From: a virus
Lineage: Duplodnaviria > Caudoviricetes
IMG/VR virus record: IMGVR_UViG_3300042924_008490
Coordinates: 61,584-125,583 of that record
Length of the DNA: 64,000 nt
Strand: one strand, 5' to 3'
Of the stretch, positions 1 to 10,250 are shown piece after piece. Under the pieces are notes generated by a model. That model searched no databases and had not been told where the DNA came from. It worked only from the letters and a program-made list of their open reading frames with translations. Position 1 is the first letter of the stretch. Each line of letters opens with the position of its first letter. The translations under genes were made by a program, and so were the position numbers.

Positions 1-27
1 TTTATATCAAACGTATTTTCAACATTT

Positions 28-468
28 ATGAAAAAAAATGTTAATACACAAAATATAATTAGTACCATATTACCATATATAAAAATTAAAAAATCTGCAG
101 AAACCCCTGATTATATTAAAGGTGCAACAGATGCTACGAGTTCTTCAGAATTTAGAAGAGGTGGCGGTAGAAATCAAGGAAAATTAGGTGGTGATTATAA
201 ATCAAAATTTGGAAATGAGCCTGCAGAAGAACCTGTAACATCATCAGGAGGAAAAACTTATGCCAATTATAATGAATGGATTGGTAATGAAAGTGCAGAA
301 AATCAAAAAGCAATAGCGGTTCTTTATAGAATGGTGGAAAAAGGGAGAATGGAAGAAGATGAATTTGATTCGGAAATACAAGAATTACTAAATACTCCAT
401 TAAATGAAATTAGGAAACTTATTAAAAATGTTCTAAAAGAAACGAAGAAAAATAAATTTAAAAGATAA
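28..468 (+). CDS. Hypothetical protein (may start upstream of window) with C-terminal 'LNEIRKLIKNVLKE' motif
   Basis: ORF track; motif resembles the N-termini at 2954 and 16980. Confidence 0.55.
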   Translation: MKKNVNTQNIISTILPYIKIKKSAETPDYIKGATDATSSSEFRRGGGRNQGKLGGDYKSKFGNEPAEEPVTSSGGKTYANYNEWIGNESAENQKAIAVLYRMVEKGRMEEDEFDSEIQELLNTPLNEIRKLIKNVLKETKKNKFKR

Positions 469-485
469 AAAATATAAATCTTACA

Positions 486-519
486 AAAGAGCTTTAAAAT
501 TTAAAGCTCTTTTTTTTTG
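486..519 (+). terminator. Intrinsic terminator
   Basis: AAAAGAGCTTTAAA/TTTAAAGCTCTTTT inverted repeat followed by a T-run. Confidence 0.7.
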
Positions 520-565
520 TTCATATGAAAACTTTTCATTACCTTTGAAAAAAAATATTTCTCAT

Positions 566-2533
566 ATGAAACTCATTCCTTCTTTTGAACCTTTCTTATT
601 TCAAAGTGATACCATAGCTAAACTATTAGAGATTGTAAAGTTTAATAATGGTGCTTGTATTTTTGATGAAACAGGTTTAGGTAAAACTATCACAGCTTCA
701 ACTACAGCCATCAATATCACTGAAGGAAAAATCAATGTGATTTCCCCAAAATCCAATCAAAAGAGTTGGAGAGATGTCCTATCAAAAACTCCAAATTTCT
801 ATGAGATTTCCACCTATGCAAAACCTTCACCTGAAAAATGTGAAGTGCTTATCATAGATGAAGCTCATAATTTAAGAAATGAAAAATCTAAATCTTTTGT
901 AAAGGTTTTTGAATTTATTAAAAGGCATAATCCTGTAGTCCTCTTGTTAACAGCAACCCCTTTTCAAAATAATATAAGAGAATTTAGAAATGTTATCTCA
1001 TTGATAAATTTCAAATCAGATACACCTGCATTGATAATGCTGCCTTCATTATTTCAAAAGGTAATAGAAGCTGAAAAGAAAATAAAAACTATCGAAAGAT
1101 ATTCAGATGATTCTTTTGAAGCAATCACTGAAACTTCTAAAATAAATTCAGTTCAAGATAAACATATAGATACTATTTCAAAAGTAGTAAATACTTTCTC
1201 CGTTAGGAATACAAGAAATTCTATTAATGAAAAATATCAATCTGATGTGAAATTGATGGGACATTTCCCAACTATTACCAAATCGAATATTGAAGCCTTT
1301 TTTAATCCTGATGAAATAATCAAAATTGGAAACATTATAGATATCTTAACCAAGATGAAATTTGCAATGCAAAACATCATCTATTATAGCAATCATCCAA
1401 GATATAAAAACCAAAACTTCTTTGGAGGATTGATGAAAACTTTCTTACTAAAACGCCTTGATAGTTCTTTGAATGCTTTCAAAAAATCAATAGAGAAAAT
1501 GTTGGTCAATGTTGAAACAGAATTACTCAAAGGAAACTATACAATTGATATAGAAGGCTCTACTTACCCTTTAAATGACCACTATGAGCTTGATTTACTA
1601 AAGGATAAAGAATACCTCCAAAAGATAAAAATTCTTTCTGAGGAGCTAAATGACAATAAAAAAGTAGAATTGTTATTTGAAATAATAAAGAATAAAAAGG
1701 CAGTTATTTTTACAGAGTATAAAGATACCCTTGAAGTAATCAATCAATATTTGGCAAAAATTTATAATAATTATATATGTTATTCATCAGAAAGCAATGA
1801 ATCTACTTTAGATTTAATAAATGAAAACTTTGATGCTAATAATGTAACCAAAAATAATATCCAAATTGTCGCTACAACAGATGTTCTTTCTGAAGGGGTA
1901 AATCTACATCAAGCAGATATACTTATTCATTTTGACCAAAAATGGAATCCAAGCAAGATTATACAACGTGAGGGTAGGGTCAATAGGATTATAAAAAATG
2001 GTGTCCATAGAGAAATTTCTATCTATCATTTTCAAGTAGATAATCTGATTGAAAGCATTATAGAATTGGATAAGAAGATTGTCACCAAACAGAATTTGGG
2101 ATATAAGTTTTTAAGAGAAGAAAAACTTGAACTCAAATGGATGAAAGATTTTAAAGCCAATGCAACCATTTTTTATCCAAATGAAAATGAAAAGGGTAAA
2201 TTCTATCAAGTATATGAAAGCTACATGGGGCATATATTTGCGGAAGAAATTGGATTGATAACAGAAAATCTTGAATTTGCAATAGATTCCTTTGAAATTC
2301 CTGATAGTTATTTTATGGAGGAGAAATATTATTCTCATTTCAATAGAAGCAATTATGTGTTAGGCAAAAGACATGAAGAATTTAATGCACTTTATAAAGA
2401 TGCTTGGTATGAAGTAGCAAAACAATATTCTACTAAAGGGTTTGAAGTTGATTTCTTTGATACTATTGAAAGACCTTTACCTGTATGTTGTGGTCTTTGG
2501 CTGAACAAAAGAAAATTTATGAGTATTAACTGA
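566..2533 (+). CDS. SNF2-family (SF2) helicase/ATPase
   Basis: DETGLGKT (Walker A), DEAH, LLTATPFQN, TDVLSEGVNL, WNPSKIIQREGRVNR; ATG at 566 downstream of TAccTTTG. Confidence 0.85.
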   Translation: MKLIPSFEPFLFQSDTIAKLLEIVKFNNGACIFDETGLGKTITASTTAINITEGKINVISPKSNQKSWRDVLSKTPNFYEISTYAKPSPEKCEVLIIDEAHNLRNEKSKSFVKVFEFIKRHNPVVLLLTATPFQNNIREFRNVISLINFKSDTPALIMLPSLFQKVIEAEKKIKTIERYSDDSFEAITETSKINSVQDKHIDTISKVVNTFSVRNTRNSINEKYQSDVKLMGHFPTITKSNIEAFFNPDEIIKIGNIIDILTKMKFAMQNIIYYSNHPRYKNQNFFGGLMKTFLLKRLDSSLNAFKKSIEKMLVNVETELLKGNYTIDIEGSTYPLNDHYELDLLKDKEYLQKIKILSEELNDNKKVELLFEIIKNKKAVIFTEYKDTLEVINQYLAKIYNNYICYSSESNESTLDLINENFDANNVTKNNIQIVATTDVLSEGVNLHQADILIHFDQKWNPSKIIQREGRVNRIIKNGVHREISIYHFQVDNLIESIIELDKKIVTKQNLGYKFLREEKLELKWMKDFKANATIFYPNENEKGKFYQVYESYMGHIFAEEIGLITENLEFAIDSFEIPDSYFMEEKYYSHFNRSNYVLGKRHEEFNALYKDAWYEVAKQYSTKGFEVDFFDTIERPLPVCCGLWLNKRKFMSIN

Positions 2534-2534
2534 T

Positions 2535-2891
2535 ATGGCAAAAAGAAAAAAATGGGAATCCAAAGGGGAACATAAAATAAGAAATTATTTGATTGAACAA
2601 AAGATAAAATATAACCTTCAAAAGAAGTTTGATGATTGCAAGAATGTCAGACCACTTCCTTTTGATTTTTATATTCCCAAATATAATATTTTGATTGAAT
2701 TCAATGGAATCCAACATTATGAACCTATAAATCATTTTGGTGGAGAAGAAAAATTGAAAATTCAAAAACAAAATGATGAAATCAAAAAGAAGTTTGCTAA
2801 AGAAAATGGTTATAATTTGATTGTTATAAGCTATGAAAAAGAAGATAGTATTTCTAAAATATTAGATAAGTGTTTTAAAGGTAAATCTTAA
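2535..2891 (+). CDS. DUF559/Vsr-like PD-(D/E)XK endonuclease
   Basis: SKGE...LPFDFY...IEFNGIQHY...DEIKKKFAKENGYNLIVI pattern. Confidence 0.75.
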   Translation: MAKRKKWESKGEHKIRNYLIEQKIKYNLQKKFDDCKNVRPLPFDFYIPKYNILIEFNGIQHYEPINHFGGEEKLKIQKQNDEIKKKFAKENGYNLIVISYEKEDSISKILDKCFKGKS

Positions 2892-2953
2892 TATTCGTAT
2901 TTTTTTATTATAATTTATATATTTATAATAAAATTAACTTAAATAGAAAAAAT

Positions 2954-3226
2954 ATGAATATTTCATTGAATGAATTAAAAATGCTTGTTAAACAAGTTTT
3001 GAGAGAAGAAAATTCTAAAGAAAATTCTAAAGAAAAATATCCCGATAAAAAACCTGAAATCTCGTTAAATATTACTGATTCTTTAAAAAGCCTATTAAAT
3101 AAATTTAGTACGTCTCAAATATTAGATGCTATGGCAAATCATTATAAATCTAAAAATGAAGATACTACTGCTTCTAAATTAAAAAAAGTTTCTAACCAAC
3201 TGAGAAAAGATATTTATGGTTATTAA
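2954..3226 (+). CDS. Hypothetical protein with class II leader (MNISLNELKMLVKQVLREE)
   Basis: ORF; ATATTTATA at 2919-2927. Confidence 0.6.
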   Translation: MNISLNELKMLVKQVLREENSKENSKEKYPDKKPEISLNITDSLKSLLNKFSTSQILDAMANHYKSKNEDTTASKLKKVSNQLRKDIYGY

Positions 3227-3235
3227 TAAAATCAA

Positions 3236-3652
3236 ATGAAATTACTTATCACTGAAGAACAATATAATTTAGTTTTCAAAAATAGCCCAATAGTTTCCAA
3301 TGATATCAATGAAAAACTCCCATTGATAAAAACATTTGTAGATTTTTGCAAAGAGAATCTATCTATAAATGATAAAATTAAAGTTCTTTTGACTGATAAA
3401 AAATCTAAAACAAAAACCTTTGCACATTTTTCTCCTGCTGAAAGTAGTTTGACAGTCTATATAAAGAATAGACATATTGGTGATGTGTTAAGAAGTATCG
3501 CTCATGAACTAAAACACCATCAACAAAACTTAAATGGTATATTAACATCTTCATCAGGAGAAGATGGTTCTCCTGAAGAAAATGAAGCAAATTCATTTGC
3601 AGGAGTTATGATGAGAAAATTTGGTAAACAGCATCCTGAAATTTTTGAATAA
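3236..3652 (+). CDS. Zincin-like metallopeptidase (HExxH) with class I leader
   Basis: IAHELKH motif plus downstream EENEANSFAG; N-terminus MKLLITEEQY. Confidence 0.65.
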   Translation: MKLLITEEQYNLVFKNSPIVSNDINEKLPLIKTFVDFCKENLSINDKIKVLLTDKKSKTKTFAHFSPAESSLTVYIKNRHIGDVLRSIAHELKHHQQNLNGILTSSSGEDGSPEENEANSFAGVMMRKFGKQHPEIFE

Positions 3653-3758
3653 ATTTTAAAAAAATATCATAAAAAATTTTTTATTTCAAAATAAAGTCCT
3701 ATCTTTACATTACGCTGTTAGCAACTTAATCATTTTTTACAACTTAAATTTATTTACC

Positions 3759-4163
3759 ATGAGAAACTTAATGCTGTCTTTTGCAATTATTTTTGCTACA
3801 ATTGTTAATGTGTCTGCTCAAGATACTCTTGTTACAAATGTTAGAAATGTCTTAGGTGAAAATTTCAAAGAATACACTGAAAGAATTGACTACAAAATCG
3901 TAATTGATAAAGATTACAAAAAGCTTTCTTTCATTGGAACGAAAAAGAATACAAGTTTTGAAGTCGAATTGGTTTCTTTGGAAGAAACAATTTCCGATGA
4001 ATTCGGAAAAATTATGACATTCAAAACTAAAGGTACTGAAAAAGTAAACATTTTCTTTGAAATGAACGAGCTTTCAGTTATTTCTATTGAAAAGTCTCCA
4101 ACGGATATTATTTATTTTCTTTTCTCTAAATTCCCTAACGATTTCCCTAAAGCTTCAAAATAA
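3759..4163 (+). CDS. Secreted hypothetical protein
   Basis: Signal peptide ending VSA-Q. Confidence 0.55.
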   Translation: MRNLMLSFAIIFATIVNVSAQDTLVTNVRNVLGENFKEYTERIDYKIVIDKDYKKLSFIGTKKNTSFEVELVSLEETISDEFGKIMTFKTKGTEKVNIFFEMNELSVISIEKSPTDIIYFLFSKFPNDFPKASK

Positions 4164-4283
4164 ATATATGAACTCAAATGAAACCGAAGAACTTTCTTTG
4201 GAAGAAATAGCCCAAGATGTAACAACGGATGGTGAAAGCTATTTCACCATTTCGTTTTGGAGTGAACTCTCAAAAGCCGAATT

Positions 4284-4775
4284 ATGAACCTTTCGATAAT
4301 AGCTTGTATTGACCTCAATAGAGCTACCTCAGATAATAATACTTTGCCTCTTTGTAAAAAACATCAAAGAAAGTTAAAAAGGTTAACAAAATTCAATACA
4401 GTTTTGATGGGGAGAAAAGCACAAGATTTTTTCCAAAAACCTTTTGTTGCCACAAGAAATGTTATTTTCTCCAAGGATAAAAAATATTGTAAGCCAAATA
4501 CACATGTTATTTATAATTTTGAAAATGGCTTGAATATTCTTGAATTTTGGAAGAAAGAATTATTTTTCATTGGAGGCAACTCAACCTTCAAAAAAGCATT
4601 TCCATACTGTGATAAATTATATCTTACAGAATTACAAACTACTTTTGAAAATCCTGATAGCTTTCTTCCCGAAATCGACCCAAAAGAATGGAAACTTGTT
4701 TCTGAAGAATTTCACGAAAAAGACATTTGGAATGAATATGATTTCAAATTTAAAGTCTATGAGAGATTAGATTAA
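4284..4775 (+). CDS. Dihydrofolate reductase (divergent)
   Basis: SIIACIDLN...LP, VLMGRK, RNVIFS, FFIGG, LYLTEL, DSFLP motifs. Confidence 0.8.
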   Translation: MNLSIIACIDLNRATSDNNTLPLCKKHQRKLKRLTKFNTVLMGRKAQDFFQKPFVATRNVIFSKDKKYCKPNTHVIYNFENGLNILEFWKKELFFIGGNSTFKKAFPYCDKLYLTELQTTFENPDSFLPEIDPKEWKLVSEEFHEKDIWNEYDFKFKVYERLD

Positions 4776-5311
4776 ATACTAACCTTGTAATAAACTTTTA
4801 TTTTGAATGTGCCATTACCAATAATAACATTTCCTTGTGAATGAATATATAAACCTGTATTCCTTAGATAAGGAACATGATTCCAAGGAGTATATGAACA
4901 AGTTATAACGTCTTCAGTTGCAGCCATTAAATTATTTTTCATTTCATAAAAATTATAACTGTTTACATAAGGCATTGATACACTTGTTTTAAATTGAAAC
5001 CAAATAGCTTTACTCGGATTGTAAATTGTATTATGACTTAATTCTATTACAATACGATTTATTTCATAATATTCATTTGAAGCCAAATTAGCTTCATCTA
5101 AAACTTGAATAGGTGTAGTATCTATATTAAACAAATCTAACTCATCAACAAATACTGTTTTCAAATCCCATAAATCTATATTGTTTGTGATATAATTTGT
5201 AGCATTTGATAATAAAAATTTTTGATTAACTCCATTGTTTTGAGTGTAAACTTCTTCAGTACCATCTAAAACAGGTCTTACAGGAAAATCATTTGGTTTT
5301 ATCTGTGGCAT
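4772..5311 (-). CDS. Putative virion/structural protein, paralog 3 of 3
   Basis: Shared N-terminus KPxxFPxxxxLDGxEExYTQ, EYYEINR and C-terminal KIYYK with the two upstream genes. Confidence 0.55.
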   Translation of the reverse strand: MPQIKPNDFPVRPVLDGTEEVYTQNNGVNQKFLLSNATNYITNNIDLWDLKTVFVDELDLFNIDTTPIQVLDEANLASNEYYEINRIVIELSHNTIYNPSKAIWFQFKTSVSMPYVNSYNFYEMKNNLMAATEDVITCSYTPWNHVPYLRNTGLYIHSQGNVIIGNGTFKIKVYYKVSI

Positions 5312-5313
5312 AA

Positions 5314-5859
5314 TTAACTTACGATTTTGTAATAAATTTTTATAGTATAATCTGTATCACCTTCTTCCATATTTCCTCCATCCATATCTAAATAAACTCC
5401 GTGATTTCTTCGGAAGACACTTGCAGTATAAGGTGAATAAAAACATAATACACTATCATAAGAAGTCTCAATAAAATTATCAGGAACTTTATAATAATAT
5501 TCAGTAGTATTTAATGCAGTATATCTCGTAGGCTTATATGAAATTAAAGCATCAAAATTACATATCATAGCAGCCCCATTAAATTTAGATTCTATAATAA
5601 CTCTATTTATTTCAAAATATTCATTTAATCCTAAATCTGCCTCATCTAATATAATTACAGGATTAGCTAAAATATCATATGCATCAATAGAATCTATAAA
5701 AATTTCTTTATACAACCATTCATCAGCATACTGTGTTACATATGAAGCCAAAGCTCCTAAAGTAAATTTTTCACTGACTCCATTAGTTTGCGTATAGATT
5801 TCTTCAGAACCATCCAAAACAGGTCTAACAGGAAATGTACTTGGTTTTCTTATGGACAT
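5314..5859 (-). CDS. Putative virion/structural protein, paralog 2 of 3
   Basis: Same shared motifs. Confidence 0.55.
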   Translation of the reverse strand: MSIRKPSTFPVRPVLDGSEEIYTQTNGVSEKFTLGALASYVTQYADEWLYKEIFIDSIDAYDILANPVIILDEADLGLNEYFEINRVIIESKFNGAAMICNFDALISYKPTRYTALNTTEYYYKVPDNFIETSYDSVLCFYSPYTASVFRRNHGVYLDMDGGNMEEGDTDYTIKIYYKIVS

Positions 5860-5860
5860 C

Positions 5861-6418
5861 CTAAGATTTTATTTTGTAATAAATTTTTATTTTGAAGACC
5901 GTATCTCCACCGTTACTTGCAGTTAAAGAAGAATCTATATACAAGCCTGTTAATTTTACATAATGCTCAATTATGGCAGGAGAATATAAACAGTAAATTA
6001 TATTCTCGTTACATTCTATCAGAGTATTAGGAAGATTTATAAATATAGAATTGTCAGGGAATGCATTTCCTATAGGAATTGAATTAGATGTTTTAAAGAG
6101 CACATATATATCATCAAGTAGCTTATGTGCAGTACTATTATAATCTGCTTCAAATACTAATCTATTGACCTCATAATATTCATTAGTATTCAAATCATTC
6201 TCACTCAATAATTCAAATTTGGTTGTTGGCAAAGCATCCAAATCTGCACCTGTCATATAAACCTCCTTATATAACCAAGTGTCAATATTCTGAGTTATAT
6301 AAGTACTTACCTGATTCAATGTGAATTTCTCATTGATATCATTTGTTTGTGTATAAATTTCCTCTGAGCCATCCAAAGATAGCTTCAGAGGAAATGTATT
6401 TGGTTTTATGTTTGACAT
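5861..6418 (-). CDS. Putative virion/structural protein, paralog 1 of 3
   Basis: Same shared motifs. Confidence 0.55.
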   Translation of the reverse strand: MSNIKPNTFPLKLSLDGSEEIYTQTNDINEKFTLNQVSTYITQNIDTWLYKEVYMTGADLDALPTTKFELLSENDLNTNEYYEVNRLVFEADYNSTAHKLLDDIYVLFKTSNSIPIGNAFPDNSIFINLPNTLIECNENIIYCLYSPAIIEHYVKLTGLYIDSSLTASNGGDTVFKIKIYYKIKS

Positions 6419-6422
6419 GTTG

Positions 6423-8177
6423 TTAATGCATTAAATTTATTACCATTTTTGTACTTGGATATATTGCAGCATCATCACCTGAACCTTTAGGTACAATTAC
6501 GTAATATTTCATTTCTTGCCCAATTCTTATCTCAAAACTTTTTCGCATTTCATCATAATAAATGATATCACTAATTTCAACATCCTTATCATGTATTCTT
6601 TTCAAATATGCTTGCATTTGTTCTTTGAAATCATTTTTGAAAAATGGCATCAATTCTTTTATTTTAGCTTTTATATCGCTTACTGTTGAAGGAGTCAAAT
6701 CTACATTTTTCATTCCCATGTAATTTTCACCAAAACTTCTTAATACTTCATTATTATTTGCACCCCCTTTATCAATATTAAATATATAATTTAAATCTTC
6801 AAATTTTTCATTATATGGTTTATCAGTGATAGGATTCATAAAATTAGTTCCATCAGGACTAATGGCATCTTTTACAGGTCTATTTGCAGCATCAGTTGCT
6901 TGAATTTCTTTATATTTTCTTACTTCTTTTTTACTTGCTCCTCCAACAGAATATATTGCAAAATCTTTTTTTGCATCCCATACCCCTCTGATATCTGCAC
7001 TTATTTGAGCAATTTTTGTGTAAGTAGTTGTAGTAATGTTAACTCCTTTTGCTCTTAATCTTCTTACTACATTCGAGCCAATTGTTACATATTCCTCACT
7101 AAACCAATCTCCTGAATCATTCCATCTTAAAACAATTTTATTACTATCATTCATGAATTTTATTAAGTATTTATCGTATTCTTCTTTTAACATCTCTATA
7201 GCATCTGAATCGCTAAAATCAGGATTCTTACGCTTAATATTGCTTATTGCATCTTTATGAATGGATATAAATTGGTTTATTGCAGAATTCATCTTTTTTT
7301 CTGTAATTATTGCTCCTTTCAATTCAGCTAATGAATATAATTCGTTAAAAAATTTATCTTCATAACCTTGAGGGTCATTAATCATGAAATTTAATCTTCT
7401 TATCATGATATCATAAGCTCCAAAAAAACGTGTATAATTACTTGATAATGCATAACAGAAGGTGGCACATGAGCCACGACCTGGGCATGTTTCAATCATC
7501 TCAAATCTATCCTCAGCTCTATTATAAATAATAGCACCAACAGCAGGAATACCTGTATTTACCACAAATTCATTTGCAGCTCCCGATTTCATCATTTTTG
7601 CATTTTTACCAATAATACTATTAGGTAAAACCATCAAATTCTTTTTAAAATTTTCTATGTCCACTGCCAAACCATCATGAACCTTTGAAAGATGTGCTAT
7701 TTTTGCCTTTATTATTTTTTCATAATTTTCAGCATCGCCATTATTTTTAGATTGCCTATATTTTTTATAAATTTCATCTAATTCTTTTTTTAATTGAGAA
7801 ATTATTTTATTTTCTTTTTCAGAAGCTCCTTCTTCATCTTTAAATAATTTTGATTTACTATGGATAAAAGGTTGTGCTATTGTAAATTTAATACCTTTTA
7901 ATTTAGAAAATTCGCTATCATTAATAAATCTTTTATATTTATCATCCAATTTAATTGCATTTTTTCTTATTGAATTTATGAATCCTGTAACATCTTGATG
8001 ATTCAAACAGACAGTGCCTTGACCTACTTTTAAATTTTCATCAATATTAACACTTTCAAACAAATTTTTTAATCTTGATTTTTCTTTGCAAGACCTGCAA
8101 TTAGCCCTTAGAAGTCTTAACTTTTTTTCATTTAAAAAATCAACATATTGCTCTTCAGTCAAAATTATTTTTCTCAT
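6423..8177 (-). CDS. GP88-like (radical-SAM-related Fe-S) protein with class I leader
   Basis: TCPGRGSCATFCYA and RWNDSGDW motifs; N-terminus MRKIILTEEQY. Confidence 0.65.
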   Translation of the reverse strand: MRKIILTEEQYVDFLNEKKLRLLRANCRSCKEKSRLKNLFESVNIDENLKVGQGTVCLNHQDVTGFINSIRKNAIKLDDKYKRFINDSEFSKLKGIKFTIAQPFIHSKSKLFKDEEGASEKENKIISQLKKELDEIYKKYRQSKNNGDAENYEKIIKAKIAHLSKVHDGLAVDIENFKKNLMVLPNSIIGKNAKMMKSGAANEFVVNTGIPAVGAIIYNRAEDRFEMIETCPGRGSCATFCYALSSNYTRFFGAYDIMIRRLNFMINDPQGYEDKFFNELYSLAELKGAIITEKKMNSAINQFISIHKDAISNIKRKNPDFSDSDAIEMLKEEYDKYLIKFMNDSNKIVLRWNDSGDWFSEEYVTIGSNVVRRLRAKGVNITTTTYTKIAQISADIRGVWDAKKDFAIYSVGGASKKEVRKYKEIQATDAANRPVKDAISPDGTNFMNPITDKPYNEKFEDLNYIFNIDKGGANNNEVLRSFGENYMGMKNVDLTPSTVSDIKAKIKELMPFFKNDFKEQMQAYLKRIHDKDVEISDIIYYDEMRKSFEIRIGQEMKYYVIVPKGSGDDAAIYPSTKMVINLMH

Positions 8178-8205
8178 TGTTATTTTTTATTATAAATATT
8201 TTGTT

Positions 8206-9996
8206 TTATATATAAGTTACATTCTCTATCAAATAAACTGTTTTCTTTTTGGAATCCTCTATACAAACGAAATTTCCAACAGCATTCATTTGAGCCAACT
8301 GAACTGCTTTTGAACTTGTTCCAATTTTTCTGAAATTCTTTCCATCATATACTTTACCATAAAAAGCATCAGTGATACAATCTGCATACATCTCCCTTAT
8401 CACCTCATCAATCTTCTCAAATCCATCATAAAAATCTTTGCAATCTTTATCAATCTTATAAAAATTATATATGATATTCTGCAAAGTTCTTCGGAAAAAA
8501 GAAGCTTTCTCACATTCAATTTTAAAATCCTCAGAAAATTCTTCTATCAAAACATATCCTCTATTTTTCTCATTAACTCCACAATATTTCTTGATGAAAT
8601 ATTCAACAATCTTCACTTGTATTAATATATCAGAATGTTTGCATTTTTCATAAATTTCCCCAAGAATTTTAACTATATTCTCAGTGGAAGTATTCACTTC
8701 CCCATTTTTGCTCAAAAAAGGCTTATATTGAGAAACAAGCGCAACCTTTTTAGCCAAATTCTCAATACCATGCTTTCTTCCATGTATAACAGCTATTCCC
8801 CCTCGAACACCTTGCCCCTCAGAAACAACAGCCAATCCATAAGAATTTATATCTCCATTTGAATCTGCACATTTTAACTTTTTTAACATTTCAATCCCCA
8901 ACATAAGATGTGCTTTCGGTGGCTTGTTCAAAAGAACACATTCCTCAATCTTCAATCCAATATAAGCAAAAAACAAAATAGAATCCTCCAAAGAAGTTCT
9001 CAATATTTCAGGTGTTGGCATATCATCCCTCTCATCCAAATCAATGTCCTTTTGACTTGTAACAAATATCTCCCCATGACAAACCCTTCCAAGCCTTCCA
9101 TACCATTGCCTCATCTCACTTTTTGAAAGTTTGTATCTTACCAATTTGTTCTCACCTTTCTCCAAATGTATTCTTTTTCCATACCCATCAAAATACCCAT
9201 GTGTCAATCCCTTTATAGTTATTCCTGATTGAACCATATTGGTACATATATAAACACAAGAACCCTCATAATTCAAAGCTTCCTCTTGCTCATCAACTTC
9301 TACCTCCCCATGAATATGAAATATTTTCCCCTTGAAACCTTTTGCAACTTCATATGAAAATCTGTCAATCTCCTCTTTTCCTGAAAGTCCAACCAAAACC
9401 CTTCCACCATTCTTTGCAGCAATCATAACAGATTTCTCAGGAGAATCTATGATGGTATATTCAAGGTCAAACATTCTCTCATTATCCAACTTCACAACCC
9501 CTACACTTATACCCCTTTTTTCGTAATAACCTTTATATTTTGGAATATCCAAAGTGGCAGACATCAATACTATTTTCAAACCGTTTTTTGCATACTCAAT
9601 AGCAGCATATAACAATGTTTCTAATATCTTTCCCTGCTCATGGACTTCATCAAAACATACAATTGAACCATAACCTAATTTGGAAGCTACACCTCTCATA
9701 ATAAAAGACCCCTCTGTTATATAACAAACAGAAGAGTCAACATTTTCTTCGCCTTCACCATGAATATATCCTGCAAAACCATCTCCATGTATCGCATTAC
9801 AGCTTTTCATCCCCTCAGTAGCCAATATTCTTCTTGGAACAGTGCAATAAACTTGCTTACCTGAATACTCATTGGCATAATGCGGAACTAACATGGATTT
9901 ACCCGAACTCGTAGGCGTACTGATGATAGTTATTTGATTCTCTTGAAAACTTTGTATAATCTCAGATTTTACCTGCTCTATCGGGAAATTTCTCAT
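8206..9996 (-). CDS. DEAH/RHA (HrpA-like) helicase
   Basis: TPTSSGKS, VPRRI, FDEVHE, MSAT, TNMVQSGITI, QWYGRLGR, PEILRTSL. Confidence 0.85.
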   Translation of the reverse strand: MRNFPIEQVKSEIIQSFQENQITIISTPTSSGKSMLVPHYANEYSGKQVYCTVPRRILATEGMKSCNAIHGDGFAGYIHGEGEENVDSSVCYITEGSFIMRGVASKLGYGSIVCFDEVHEQGKILETLLYAAIEYAKNGLKIVLMSATLDIPKYKGYYEKRGISVGVVKLDNERMFDLEYTIIDSPEKSVMIAAKNGGRVLVGLSGKEEIDRFSYEVAKGFKGKIFHIHGEVEVDEQEEALNYEGSCVYICTNMVQSGITIKGLTHGYFDGYGKRIHLEKGENKLVRYKLSKSEMRQWYGRLGRVCHGEIFVTSQKDIDLDERDDMPTPEILRTSLEDSILFFAYIGLKIEECVLLNKPPKAHLMLGIEMLKKLKCADSNGDINSYGLAVVSEGQGVRGGIAVIHGRKHGIENLAKKVALVSQYKPFLSKNGEVNTSTENIVKILGEIYEKCKHSDILIQVKIVEYFIKKYCGVNEKNRGYVLIEEFSEDFKIECEKASFFRRTLQNIIYNFYKIDKDCKDFYDGFEKIDEVIREMYADCITDAFYGKVYDGKNFRKIGTSSKAVQLAQMNAVGNFVCIEDSKKKTVYLIENVTYI

Positions 9997-10018
9997 CTAT
10001 AGTCTTTATTATAAATAT

Positions 10019-10237
10019 CTACTCTTCAAATAAAGGAGGTGTAGGTTTTGCCACATACTCAATCAAAGGCAAATCTTTTACCCATTGAAATTCAGGTATT
10101 ACACATTGGTCAATTTCTTCAATACTGATAATCCAATTGTCTGAATTGTCTTGCAGGGGATTGAAATAGCTGTCGGGAGCATATAATTGCCCTACCAAAC
10201 TGTCTTTTTCAATTTCTGTTAAAAGTCCTACTTCCAT
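10019..10237 (-). CDS. Small acidic protein, possible tail-fibre-associated chaperone
   Basis: Directly downstream of fibre-like genes; position only. Confidence 0.4.
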   Translation of the reverse strand: MEVGLLTEIEKDSLVGQLYAPDSYFNPLQDNSDNWIISIEEIDQCVIPEFQWVKDLPLIEYVAKPTPPLFEE

Positions 10238-10250
10238 ATTTTTAATTATT

